A DNA stretch of 64,000 nt from Octopus sinensis. Taxonomy: Eukaryota. The notes under the pieces were generated by a model. It was not told where the DNA came from. It saw nothing but the letters and a program-made list of their open reading frames with translations, and searched no databases. Positions within the stretch are counted from its first letter, which is position 1. Each line of letters opens with the position of its first letter. The translations under genes and the position numbers were made by a program. This document shows, piece by piece, positions 23,223 through 35,260 of this stretch. The stretch is from contig NC_043002.1 in NCBI RefSeq assembly GCF_006345805.1, forward strand, positions 70,184,001 through 70,248,000. Direction: 5' to 3'.

Positions 23223-24005
23223 TAGTTTTATTTTTATTTTTATAGCGTGCTTTCACTTCACTACCGAGCGCAGCTCTGTGTGCCTTGGGTATGTGCTGTG
23301 ATTTGTTGTGATGCTCTGATGGTTATTGTATGGAAAGTGTTCTGCGTAGGATGTGTGCAGTGCCTAGTAGTGCAATTTTCTGTATGTTATATGTGTTTGT
23401 AAGTCCTGGTGTTTTTGTTATGTATTTGTCTGAATAGTTTTTTATCATGCCTAATGCACCTACTATGATAGGAATTGTTTCTGTTTTCAGATTCCACATT
23501 CTAGTTACCTCTATTTCCAGGTCTTTATATTTTGAGAGTTTCTCCATTTCTTTAGAGACACGTTGTCATCTGCCGGTACTGATACATCAATTAGAAAGCA
23601 TTTTTTTTCTTCATGGTCTCTGACAACTATATCTGGTCTGTTGGCCTTAATTTCTCTATCTGTGTGTATCGGCATATCCCAGAGTATGGTTGCTTTCTCG
23701 TTTTCTGTGACCTTTTCTGGTGTGTGCCTATACCATCTTTTTTCTGTTGTTATTCCATAATGTTGGCATAGCTTCCAATGTATGTAAGTTCCAACTCTGT
23801 CATGTCTGTGAATATATTCCTTCTTAGCCAGGACTGGGCAGCTAGAGATAATATGATTTATTGTTTCTTGTCCATCTCCACATATTCTGCAGTTACTTGT
23901 AATATTTCTTTTCATTACATGTTTTTGGTAATTTCTGGTGGGGAGGCTTGGTCTTGTGCTGCAATTAAAAATCCCTCTGTTTCTGCTTTGAGTCCTGAGC
24001 TTCTC
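23221..24005 (-). mobile_element. 5'-truncated R4/Dong-clade non-LTR retrotransposon (restriction-like endonuclease end)
   Basis: GLKAETEGFLIAAQDQ, zinc knuckle CRICGDGQETINHIISSC, RLE motif NRPDIVVRD...LIDVSVP...KLSKYKDL...IIVGALG. Two 1-nt frameshifts (about 23545 and 23950), an ~100-bp 3' UTR, and (TAA)n on both sides. Confidence 0.9.
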
Positions 24006-24038
24006 ATTATTATTATTATATTATTATTATTATTATTA

Positions 24039-24069
<31 letters not shown>

Positions 24070-24111
24070 ATTATTATTATTATTATTATTATTTTATTAT
24101 TATTATTATTA

Positions 24112-24153
<42 letters not shown>

Positions 24154-24157
24154 GTTG

Positions 24158-24192
<35 letters not shown>

Positions 24193-24310
24193 GTTGTTGT
24201 TATTATTATTATTATTATTATTTTATTATTATTATCATTATTATTATTATTATTATTATTGTTGCTGTTGTTGTAGTAGTGTTAGTTGATGTTGTTGCTG
24301 TTGTTGTTGT
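24006..24310. repeat. (ATT)n/(GTT)n array
   Basis: Direct reading. Confidence 0.97.
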
Positions 24311-24313
24311 CAT

Positions 24314-24632
<319 letters not shown>

Positions 24633-24637
24633 TATTA

Positions 24638-24950
24638 TGCAGTTCTATAGGGGATTAGTGGAAGTTAAGAGCGACGACGTCCTCGGGAAACGCTGGGCGT
24701 CGGAAAGGGTCAATTAACTGGTCTTTTAGTGAGTACTTTCGGGCCGGGGCTATAGATAACCTCCAGAAATCCCTGGCCTGCAGTGCTAGCGAGGAGGTCT
24801 GCCGGTTCGAAAGAAGCTCTACAGACACAGAAGTGCTGTCAGACGGACCTGTCCGAGGTGTGCGCAGGGTGAAGAAACCGTCCTGCATGCACTCGTCCAG
24901 TATCCGTGCATTACTGACTTGTGGAGCTTTGTTTATTATTATTGTTTAAT
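24638..24950 (+). pseudogene. Tx1/L1-type LINE ORF2 C-terminal fragment (zinc-knuckle region)
   Basis: DNLQKSLA / QC*RGGLPVRKKLYRH...TCPRCAQGEETVLHALVQYPCITDLW, a CxxC..ET..H..C-type motif with frameshifts. Confidence 0.75.
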
Positions 24951-25093
24951 TATTTTTGTTACTTATTGTATTGTATCCTCCATATTTGCTTTGTTTTCGG
25001 CCCTTGTGGCCAATAAAGAAACGATTATTATTATTATTATGGTTGTACATCTTCTTCCTCCTCCTCCACCTACTACTGATGATGATGATGATG

Positions 25094-25145
<52 letters not shown>

Positions 25146-25147
<2 letters not shown>

Positions 25148-25535
25148 TGCCGCTAAGCATTTTCTCCCGGATCTTTACTTTCTGAGTAGAAATTCCGCCG
25201 TCATCAACTCTGCCTTTCATCCTTTCGGGACCGATAAACTAAGTTCCAGTTGGGTACTGGAGTCGATATAATCGACTAGCCCCTTTTTCCCCAAATTTCA
25301 GACCTTGTGCCTTTGTGAGAAATTAAAATTTCTATTGTCGCGATTAAGGTGGCAAGCTGGCAGAAGCGCTAACACTCCAGGCAAAATACTAAGTGAGATT
25401 TCGTTCGTCTTGACGTCCTGAGTTCAAATTCCGCCGAGGTCGACTTTGCCTTTCATCCTTTTGAGATCGATAAAATAAATACTAATTAAGCACTGGGTTC
25501 GATCAAATCGAATTCCCCCTCCCCTCAAAAACTGC
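25146..25535 (+). mobile_element. Two tandem SINE A copies (25146-25322 partial, 25345-25535)
   Basis: Two cores (GCCTTTCATCCTTT...GATAAA) and one intact head AGGTGGCAAGCTGGCAGAAG. Confidence 0.8.
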
Positions 25536-26185
25536 TGCTCATCATTAGTTAATTAACGCCTAATATTAGATGCTGTATATGACTTGATTCCTGTACATTT
25601 ATACGATGAGGTACTGCATATTTGTAAATACCACCAATGATTGAACATAAAATTCAAGTCTTTGCAGTAAACATTTCATGATATAAGAAAAGACCTGGAA
25701 AATCGAATTTAATGAAAATTTTTTCTTCTAAATGAAGTAGAAATTTCCCATGATGATTGCCATTCTTTGTTTCTGTATATCGCTATGTGGACAGAATAAT
25801 ATAAGTTATCACTCACACGCTGGCACAATAAGGAATCAAGGAATCAAGTGTCTGAGCTTACATAATAAGAATATCGAGATTAAATTCCAAACAAAAGCCT
25901 GCTGTGAATTCTCAACTACAAGATTTTTTCCGTTTATTTTCTACTTCTAGTTTAGCGATTCTCAATCAATTTGACTTCAAGGGAAACGGGATTTCAAATA
26001 AGATTTACGAATTCACTTCGCATAGAAATTTGCATAAAACTTTGTTTTAACGTCTAAAATGAGAACAAAAAAAAATTCCTACAAAAGTATTACTTAACTT
26101 ATTCTCATAAACATACTCGTACTTAACAAAATTAAAGCACAAATTTAATAGATATTGTCTAAATACTTAATTTAATATTCATTTA

Positions 26186-26512
26186 TTTTTTCACTTGTTT
26201 CAGTCAATTGACTGCTACCATGCTGGAGAACCGCCATGAAGAGTTTTAGTCGAACAAATCAACTCCAGTCTCTAAGTTACAGGGCCGTAAACGCACAACA
26301 CCGATTGACAATAGGTGATGGGGGTACAACTATAGACACACACACACACGCATACATACGGCAGGCTTCTTTCAGTTCCCGTCAGACAAATCCACTCACA
26401 GGGCTTTGGTCGGCCCGAAGCTATAGTAGAAGACACTTGCCCAAGATGCCACGCAGTGGGGCTGAACCTGGAACCATGTGGTTTGAAAGCAAGCTTCTTA
26501 CCACACAGGCAC
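26186..26512 (-). mobile_element. SINE B copy
   Basis: Reverse-complement tail (ACTTGTTTCAGTCAATTGACTG), body and head (CTTACCACACAG). Confidence 0.85.
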
Positions 26513-26657
26513 TCGGACATCCCTTACACCGTGCCATTGCATTGCAGGACACCGTTTCATACCAAGTGTTTTGGTATAACGATTACTATTCCCTTTGTAT
26601 AGAAAGAAGCGTCCTGGTTAAAAACAGAAAAATAACAAAACGCATGCAATGAATATT

Positions 26658-26875
26658 CTTTTCTACTCTAGGCACAACGCCCAAAATTTTTTGAGGAGGG
26701 GGGGGCCAGTCGATCAGATCGAACCTAGTACATAACTGGTACTTAATTTATCGACCCCAAAAGGATAAAAAGCAAAGTCGACCTCGGCGGAATTTGAACT
26801 GAGAACGTAACGGCAAACGAAATACGGCTACGCATTTCGCCCGGCGTGTTAACGATTCTGCCAGCTCACCGTTTT
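26658..26875 (-). mobile_element. SINE A copy with 16-bp TSD
   Basis: GCATGCAATGAATATT at 26642-26657 and 26876-26891. Confidence 0.92.
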
Positions 26876-26954
26876 GCATGCAATGAATATTAAACGTAAT
26901 ATTTTTCCTAGAATTTACCTATAATTTCTTATGAACATTTATTGATTTTTCTTC

Positions 26955-27200
26955 TATTCTTTTAGGTGTTTCAGTCATTTGACTGCGGCCATGCTGGAGT
27001 ACCAACTTAAGTCGAACATATTGACTCCAGGACTTATGCTTTGTAAGCCTAGTACTTATTCTATCGGTTTCTTTTGCCTAACCTCTAGGTTACAGGGACG
27101 AAAACTCACCGGCATCGGTTGTCAGGCTACGGTGAGGGGACAAACAAACACACACATACACACACACACACACACACAACACACACACACACACATACAC
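26955..27200 (-). mobile_element. SINE B 3' half
   Basis: TTTCAGTCATTTGACTGCGGCCATGCTGGAG...GGGGACAAAC followed by (CA)n. Confidence 0.85.
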
Positions 27201-27714
27201 ACACATACATACGTACATACATACACATATATAGTATAAGACGTGTTATGAGCATTTATAAGATATAATCCTATATAAACTCAACAAACAATTAAAGATG
27301 GAAAAGAAATGTTTAATGTTTTATAAAATTTTAATCCATGCATACAATCGTTTCAAATGAAAACACCAACATGTAAGAAACATGAAAAAAATTAAATTAA
27401 TTATAATTATAATTAAATCAAATTAATTTAATTACGTATTACCATTCTCCTCAGTGCAAAAGATGGAGAAAACATCAGGAATGGTGGAAACAGAAGAATA
27501 TTACAGGAGACCATATTGAGACTGTGTCGCATAACTCAATCGGATATTCATAAATTGATTGTGAAAGATGAAATATAAGAACATGGTTAGATAGAGTTGA
27601 GTCTAGTTGTATAAGGACTAAATCTGATTTGGCCAACGGATATTTTGAAATATAAGTAGGAAACATCGAAGAGACATTATCACTAAATGAGTATAATTAA
27701 AGTGGTGAAAAAAC

Positions 27715-28282
27715 ATTTGTCTCCCCCTCACAGTCGCTTGACTACCGATGTTGGTATGTTTACGTCCCCATTAACTTAACCGTTCGGCAAAACAGACCGA
27801 TAGGATAAATACTAGGCTTACAATGAATAAATCTTGGGGTAGATTTGTTCGACTAAAGGCGGTGCTCCAGCATGGCTGCTGTCAAATGACTGAAACAAAT
27901 AAAAAAATAAAATAAAAGAATAGTATTTCTTTTATTCTTTTATTTGTTTCAGTCATTTGACTGCGGTCATGCTGGAGCGCCGCCTTTAGTCGAACAAATC
28001 GACCCCAGGACTTATTTTTTGTAACCCTAGTACTTATCCTATCCGGCTCTTTTGCCGAATCGCTAATTTACGGGGACGTAAACACACCAACACCGGTTGT
28101 CGCGCAATGAGGTGGGGGACAAACACACACACACGCACACACACATACAGTTTCCGTCCACTAAATCCACTCACAAGGCTTTGATCCGCCTGAAGCTTTA
28201 GTAGAAGACACTGGCCCAAGGTGCCACGCAGTGGGGCTGAACCCGGAACCATGTGGTTGGTAAGCAAGCTAACTTACCACAG
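27715..28282. mobile_element. Tail-to-tail inverted SINE B pair (+27715-27920, -27925-28282)
   Basis: The plus 3' half ends AAATAAAAGAATAG and is immediately followed by the reverse-complement tail and a full minus copy. Confidence 0.85.
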
Positions 28283-28311
28283 ACATTTACCTATACACAC
28301 ACACATACTGG

Positions 28312-28692
28312 GGAAGCACTCCGTCGGTTACGACGACGAGGGTTCTGGTTGATCCGATCAACGGAACAGCCTACTCGTGAAATTAACGTGTAAGTGGCTG
28401 AGCACTCCACAGACACGTGTACCCTTAACGTAGTTCTCGGGGATATTCAGCGTGACACAGAGAGTGACAAGGCCGGCCCTTTGAAATACAGGTACAACAG
28501 AAACAGGAAGTAAGGGTGAGAGAAAGTTGTGGTGGAAGAGTACAGCAGGGATCACCACCATCCCTGCCGGAGGCTCGTGGAGCTTTAGATGATTTTGTTC
28601 AATAAACACTCACAACGCCCGGTTTGGGAATCGAAACCGCGATCCTACGACCGCGAGTCCGCTGCCCTAATCACTGGGCCATTGCGCCTCTA
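28312..28692 (-). mobile_element. tRNA-derived SINE family C
   Basis: Minus-strand head GAGGCGCAATGGCCCAGTGATTAGGGCAGCGGACTCGCGGTCGTAGGATCGCGGTTTCGATTCCC has A/B boxes; the body is unrelated to A or B. Confidence 0.75.
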
Positions 28693-28799
28693 CACACACA
28701 TACATTTACCTATACACACACGAGCGCGCGCACATACACACACGCACACACATGTACGTCTACATAACAGCCTACTAACAACTCCACCTGTGTATATAT

Positions 28800-29365
28800 A
28801 AACTGTGAGTATTAGGGTATGACCACCTTCTACTTATATTTCATATTTAGTACTGGGGATGTTTCCTTTATGAAGACGTACTCCTGTAATTGTCTGAGTA
28901 TTGGATCCTTCGGGTACTTGGATAAAATGCAGATGTCAAGTGTGCCCCCATGTTTGTCTTTGTCATGTTGGTAGAGTATTGAGGACTATTTTTTTGTCGT
29001 CATATTGTCTCAAATGTCCATTTAGTCTTTCCGCAAAGCTCCTTGATGTCTCACCTAGGTACATCATGTTCTTTTCTTTACAAGCACCCCTCTATGCACC
29101 TTGTGCTGTAAACTTCATTTCTAGTTCTACAGTTAATGCCGGGGTTAATCTTACATACTGTGCAGTTGTCAATGGTGCATGTCGTATTCTCAAAGGAGTA
29201 CGTCCTACATAGTTGTGATCTAATGGAGTTTCCTGGCTTTTCAATGATCTCAATCTTGAGTTTGGCCTCCTTCAGAGCTTTCCTAAATCTTCGGGCTTGT
29301 TCTCCATAAGCTGTGGCCTCTACAAACATCATTCCTTGATATTTGTCGATCTTACCTTGCCCCAG
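28800..29365 (-). pseudogene. PLE (Naiad-like) GIY-YIG endonuclease 3' fragment
   Basis: CTIDNCTVCKINPGINCRTRNEVYSTRC / MYLGETSRSFAERLNGH / ILSKYPKDPILRQLQEYVFIKETSPVLN, with frameshifts. Confidence 0.8.
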
Positions 29366-29374
29366 ACCCCGTTG

Positions 29375-29975
29375 CCACACCTGTCCTTTCATCACCAACG
29401 CCACCTCACTCACCTGACCCGACCAGCACACCTACATTAAGAACTCCTCCTGTATTTCTCCAAGCCTCATTTACTGCATCTGGTGCAATCTTTGCAATAA
29501 ACAGCCACATATTGAATCACATCCTCCCCTCCGACCCCCTCCTACCAAGTAGCGTGTATCCTCCACTATCCATGACCTCGTCTCATCTTCTGCCGCCACC
29601 AACCTCATCGTCCGAACACCCCGTACCTCCACCATCTATTCCTTCCCAAAATACATAAACCCGACAACCCTGGCCGCCCCATTGTTTCCGCCAGTAACTA
29701 GCCCGTAGAACTCATCCCCAAATATCTCAACCTCATCCTTTCCCGATTTAGTCGCTGCTCTCCCGTCTCATACTCATGACACCAGCCACGCCCTTCGCCT
29801 CTTCAATTCCTTCTCCTTTCCTCCCGGCCATTCGACTAGCCGATCGGTCCATCGTACACCTACAAGACATTCGTCTACATAAGAACACTCTTGTCGCCCG
29901 TCATTTTCGCGCTACATTTTCACTAACTACTCAAACACCTTTCGGACTCAACACAACACCCTCCTCTCAATGATT
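29375..29975 (+). pseudogene. Second PLE family (C-rich, Neptune-like): rearranged EN and RT fragments
   Basis: SCISPSLIYCIWCNLC (EN N-half), then LPKIHKPDNPGRPIVSAS...HTHDTSHALRLFNSF (RT N-terminus), then RLADRSIVHLQDIRLHKNTLVARHF (EN C-half). Confidence 0.8.
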
Positions 29976-30199
29976 TTCCCCCACACCCTTTAAACAAGAT
30001 AAATCTTACTCAATCTTATTTTCTATTTTTTTATTTGTTCATTTTTTTATTTCATTTCATTTTTTATTTTTATTTTTATCTTTATTTTTTTATTTCTGTT
30101 ATTGATTTATTCATATAATTCCTTGCCGTTATATTTTTTATTTTATCTAATTTTTTTTTCATTATTTACTTGTATTAATTTTTATTTTTTATTCTTAAA

Positions 30200-30760
30200 C
30201 CCCACCGCTCACGCGTGCACACACACACGCATACACACACACGCACGTACACACACACAACACGCAAACACGTACACACGTACACACACCACATGCACAC
30301 ACCCGTGCGCGCGCACACACACACACATTCTACACACGTACACACACACGCACGCACATGCGCGCAAACACATGAACGCAGGTATATCTCCACATACACA
30401 ACTTTCCACACACATTACACGCATAAAGAACACAAATGGGCGTACATACACTTATAGACGCACGTACATACACTTCTACACACACTCACACGCACATGGC
30501 CAACACGCATCTCCACACGTACACACACTCACATATATATACAGCGAGACACACACACACACACACCTATACACACGTGGAACACACACACACATATACA
30601 CATCCCCACTCCGTCTACGTACACATGACAACACACACAGGCACACAACAACACCCACCAGTTCACACATCCTTCAGACTTCTACTACACACACCACACA
30701 CGCACAAAGTGACCATAACATGCTACCACACACACACACACACTTACACACACACTCTGA
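30200..30760. repeat. Degenerate (CA)n block
   Basis: Direct reading; it produces the 278-aa and 175-aa H/T-rich ORFs. Confidence 0.93.
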
Positions 30761-30907
30761 CCATCTTCCCACACTCCTGTCCCAGAAAGCACTTCCCCTT
30801 CATTCCCACTACTTCTGGTCACTTAAGCAATGTAATCCCGAGTGGCCTGTTGGCGATCTTTTTCCACCTTCTTTCTTCTTTCTTTTGCATTTTCTTGCTT
30901 TTTCCCC

Positions 30908-30940
30908 TTTCCGAAGAAGAGCTATACTCGAAACGTAAAA
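30908..30940 (+). ncRNA. Minimal hammerhead-like motif, CCGA core variant
   Basis: TTT-CCGAAGA-A-GAG-CTATA-CTC-GAAA-CG-TA-AAA: 3-bp stems I and II, ACGT palindrome, GUA site; lies downstream of a same-strand PLE. Confidence 0.55.
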
Positions 30941-31068
30941 CAACTACTCTCTTCCTTCTCTAGGTGTTTTATCAATACATTGCTTGTGCTACGTCCTCAT
31001 GTTTGTTTGTTTCTTTCATTTTCTCTGTGTGTTTTTTTACTATATATATATGTCTGTATGTCTGTATG

Positions 31069-31131
<63 letters not shown>

Positions 31132-31208
31132 GTGTGTGTGTGGTGTGTGTAGTGTGTGCGTGCCTATATATATATGTATGCATGTTCGAGTAACTCACTC
31201 TCTCCCTG

Positions 31209-31239
<31 letters not shown>

Positions 31240-31242
31240 TCT

Positions 31243-31671
31243 TTTATTATTTTATTTGTTTCAGTCATTTGACTGCGAACATGAAGGAACACTGTCTTTA
31301 GTCGAACAAATCGGCCCCAGGACTTATTCTTTGCAATCCTAGTACTCATTCTATCGGGCTCTTGCCGAACAGCCAAGTTACGGGGACGTGAACACACCAG
31401 CATCGGTTGTCAAGCGAGGGTGGGGGGAACAAATACAGACACACAAATATATGCATATAAACACACACACACATATATATATATATAATATATAAATATG
31501 TATATATACGACGGGCTTCTTTCAGTTTCCGTCTACTAAATCCACTCACAAGGCTTTGGTCGTCCTGTAGCTCTAGTAGAATACACTTGCCCCAGGTGCC
31601 ACGCAGTGAGACTGAACCGGGATCCACGTGGTTGGGAAACAAACTTCTTACCACACAAGCACTCCTGCGCC
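31243..31671 (-). mobile_element. SINE B full copy
   Basis: Tail, body, internal microsatellite and head (CACTCCTGCGCC). Confidence 0.9.
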
Positions 31672-31989
31672 TGTATATATGTATATACACACGCGAAGCA
31701 CACTCACAGAAAGATATAGGCGTATGCATTCATTATTCATATGCGCAAACACAGCGCCGCATGTGCGCAGATATTATATATATATATATACATTCTAGCA
31801 TTCACAAAATTATGTGTGTCAAGAATGAAGCAGAAAAATAAGAACAAAGATCGATTGAGTTTTGGATAGATATATAGATAAATAGGCACGGAAATGGGAG
31901 GTTAAAAAAAATGGTTTTACAATAAAGTTTGAATTTTTAATATGAATGTAATTTAAAGTTGGATTCTGCTACATTTAAATAAAAATCTG

Positions 31990-32459
31990 TTATATTGTAT
32001 CTGTCTAAAAGGTCTCTATGTGTATATAAGTATGTCTGTTTACCTGCGTATGCGTGACATCTCTAGATATTTTATTACTTTTATTTTTTGATTATCAAAT
32101 TTGTTATTTCTTATCACCGAAAATAATGTACGTGTGCGTTTATACAGATACGTACGGTTCATACAAGAGGCATCTCAGTTTTCCTCTCTCAGTTTTCACT
32201 CATACTACTCTGTGTATGTGTGTGTATGTGCGCGCACACACGCGTGTATATGTACATATATGTATACACACAGACACACACATATATATATGCAAAATTT
32301 CATACAGGCACACCGATATGTATATGTTACAGGTGTATGCATACATACACACACACACACACATACATACGTATATATGCATATATATTAATATACATAT
32401 ATATTATACATATAATATATATATGTAAATATGTATATATAATAATAATATTATATATA

Positions 32460-32503
<44 letters not shown>

Positions 32504-32631
32504 AGTAATACCAGCGATTATAATTATTTTTATTTTATCGCAATTTGATTTGTTTATATATATATATATATATACGTATACATATATGTGTATGTATATA
32601 TGTATATATATATGTATATATATGTATATAC

Positions 32632-32684
<53 letters not shown>

Positions 32685-32803
32685 ATATATATGTATATGC
32701 GTATATACTTATGTATATGTCTGTATATACGTATATGCGTATATATATATGTAAATTGATATGCATATATAGATACCACACATACACACACACACACAGA
32801 CAC

Positions 32804-32869
<66 letters not shown>

Positions 32870-33319
32870 TTTGCACATGATTATATTTGTACTTTTATTA
32901 TAAAAATGTATACTTTTTACACATATGTAAATACGCACTCACCCAACACGTGTATGAATGTAGATTGAAATAAATGTTTCTGTGTTTCTCTGCCTGTCTG
33001 TCTGCCTGCCTGTCTGTCTGTCTGTCTGTCAGTACATATGTTTGTATACATGTGCACACACGGTAGTATGTCTTAGTTTATAACCATCTTACGTTTGAAT
33101 ACATAAATGACATTTAACCTATTTTCCAACTTGAGAGTTCAGCATTTTATTTCGAAATGTTTTGTTTTTCTCTCCCTCTATTTCTCTCTTTCTCTCCCCC
33201 TCTGTGTCTATCTACCTCTCTCTCTCTCTCTCTCTCTCTGACACATGCACACTCACGTTTAAATACCGATGTATATATTGATGCATATGTATCTGCGAGC
33301 ATGTATGTATATGTATATG

Positions 33320-33353
<34 letters not shown>

Positions 33354-33430
33354 TATGTATATATATAATTAGGAATTATATATATATGTATGTATATGTA
33401 TATATATATATATATATACATGCATATATA
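31990..33430. repeat. TA/TG/CA low-complexity region
   Basis: Direct reading; source of the poly-YI ORFs. Confidence 0.92.
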
Positions 33431-33849
33431 TATTCTTTTATTCTCTTATTCTTTTACTTGTTTCAGTCATTTGACTGCGGCCATGCAGTTACGGGAACGT
33501 AAACACACCAGCGTCGGTTCTCAAGCGATGCTGGGGAGACAAACACAGACACACAAACATATACACACACACACATACATATATACATATATACGACGGG
33601 ATTCTTTCAGTGTCCGTCTACCAAATTCACTCACAAGGCTTATATAGACTGGAGACTATAGTAGAAGACACTTGCCCAAGGTGCCACGCTGTGGAACCGA
33701 ACCCGGAACCATGTGATTGGCAAGCAAGCTTCTTACTACACAGTCACTCCCACATATTACGTATATCTACGGCTATAATCTATATCGTATCTATATATAT
33801 ATATCTATATACTATATATATAATATATATTATATATATAATATATATA

Positions 33850-33897
<48 letters not shown>

Positions 33898-34346
33898 GCA
33901 TATATATATTCTTTTATTCTCTTATTCTTTTACTTGTTTCAGTCATTTGATGCGGCCATGCAGTTACGGAACACGTAATAAACACACAGCGTCGGTTCTC
34001 AAGCGATGCTGGGGAGACAAACACACGACACACAAACATATACACAACACACATACATATATACATATATACGACGGATTCTTCAGTGTCGTCTACCAAT
34101 TCACTCACAAGGCTTATATAGACTGGAGACTATAGTAGAAGACACTTGCCCAAGTGCCACGCTGTGGAACGAACCCGAACCATGTGATTGGCAAGCAAGC
34201 TTCTTACTACACAGTCACTCCCACATATTACGTATATCTACGGCTATAATCTATATCGTATCTATATATATATATCTATATACTATATATATAATATATA
34301 TTATATATATAATATATATATATATATTATATATATATATATATAT
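33416..34346 (-). repeat. About 475-bp tandem duplication containing SINE B (33440-33752; 33915-34223)
   Basis: The second copy is near-identical but has many single-base losses in short homopolymers. Confidence 0.9.
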
Positions 34347-34418
34347 ACAGTAAATTTCTCAGAATGAGATGAAAAACCAAGGTTGTGAAAGATTTTTACG
34401 ATATTTATAAATAGAAGG

Positions 34419-34680
34419 TCTTACAGCTGTTTCCGGGATATTTTATATGTCCTTCATCGAAAACGGTGTGAGAAAATGGTTAAGCAATAGTTATCTTAGA
34501 TAAGATATGAAATAGAGAGTGAAGTGGAGGAATGAAAAATAGACGTGAGACATGCGGGAACATTGGATCTGTAGATTCATTGTTTAGGCAGAATGGTATA
34601 TATATATTAGATTCCAATACCTTGTGTGTAAGCTCCAATAGTATTTAAAATTGGTCATTCCAAGTAAAGAGTTTGTACAC
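34419..34680 (-). mobile_element. PLE 3' end with decayed hammerhead
   Basis: Minus: VLESNIYIPFCLNNEST-like EN terminus, then TCGATGA-A-GGACATAT-AAA-ATATCC-CG-GAAA-CAGCTG-TA-AGA at 34419-34462. Confidence 0.5.
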
Positions 34681-34714
34681 AGTGTTATTGAATAAAGAGT
34701 TTTATTCCTGGTTG

Positions 34715-34826
34715 ACCCAAGCCTTATGAGTGGATTTGATATATGGAAACTGAAAGAATCCTTCGTGTTTAAGCCTTGTGAGTAGATTTGGTAGACGGAA
34801 ACTGAAAGAACTCCATATATATGTGT

Positions 34827-34858
<32 letters not shown>

Positions 34859-34872
34859 CACTTGACAACCGC

Positions 34873-34922
<50 letters not shown>

Positions 34923-35260
34923 CGGTGTGCGCACCTGCGAATAGCGTGTGTGTGTGTGTGTGTGCATGCGTGCGTGAGTGTGTGTGTTTGTGCTCACTTT
35001 TGTGATTGTGTTTGTGCCCCAACAGCTTTTGAAAAGCGGCATTTTGTACACGTTTCCTAAATTCCCGGTTCGGCAAGTGATCGGCAGAAGAAGTAAAACG
35101 ACCATGGTCGATTTCTTCGACGAAAACCCTTCGAAGCGGTGCCCCAACATGGCCACTGCCCGATGATTGAAAGAGATAAAAGAAAAGCGATAAAGAATGA
35201 AAGAAGAAAAAAAAAAGCAAAAAACAAAAACGCTATGCAAAATAAAATAAAATAAAATAA
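34715..35260 (+). mobile_element. Fragmented SINE B or related subfamily
   Basis: AAGCCTTGTGAGT.GATTTG appears twice, then internal microsatellites and the tail GCGGTGCCCCAACATGGCC. Confidence 0.7.

Noticed and set aside
28990-29110. Selenocysteine (in-frame TGA) in the Naiad-like endonuclease, as known for some Naiads
   Set aside because: The cysteine codons are ordinary TGC/TGT; the apparent TGA is out of frame after a frameshift.
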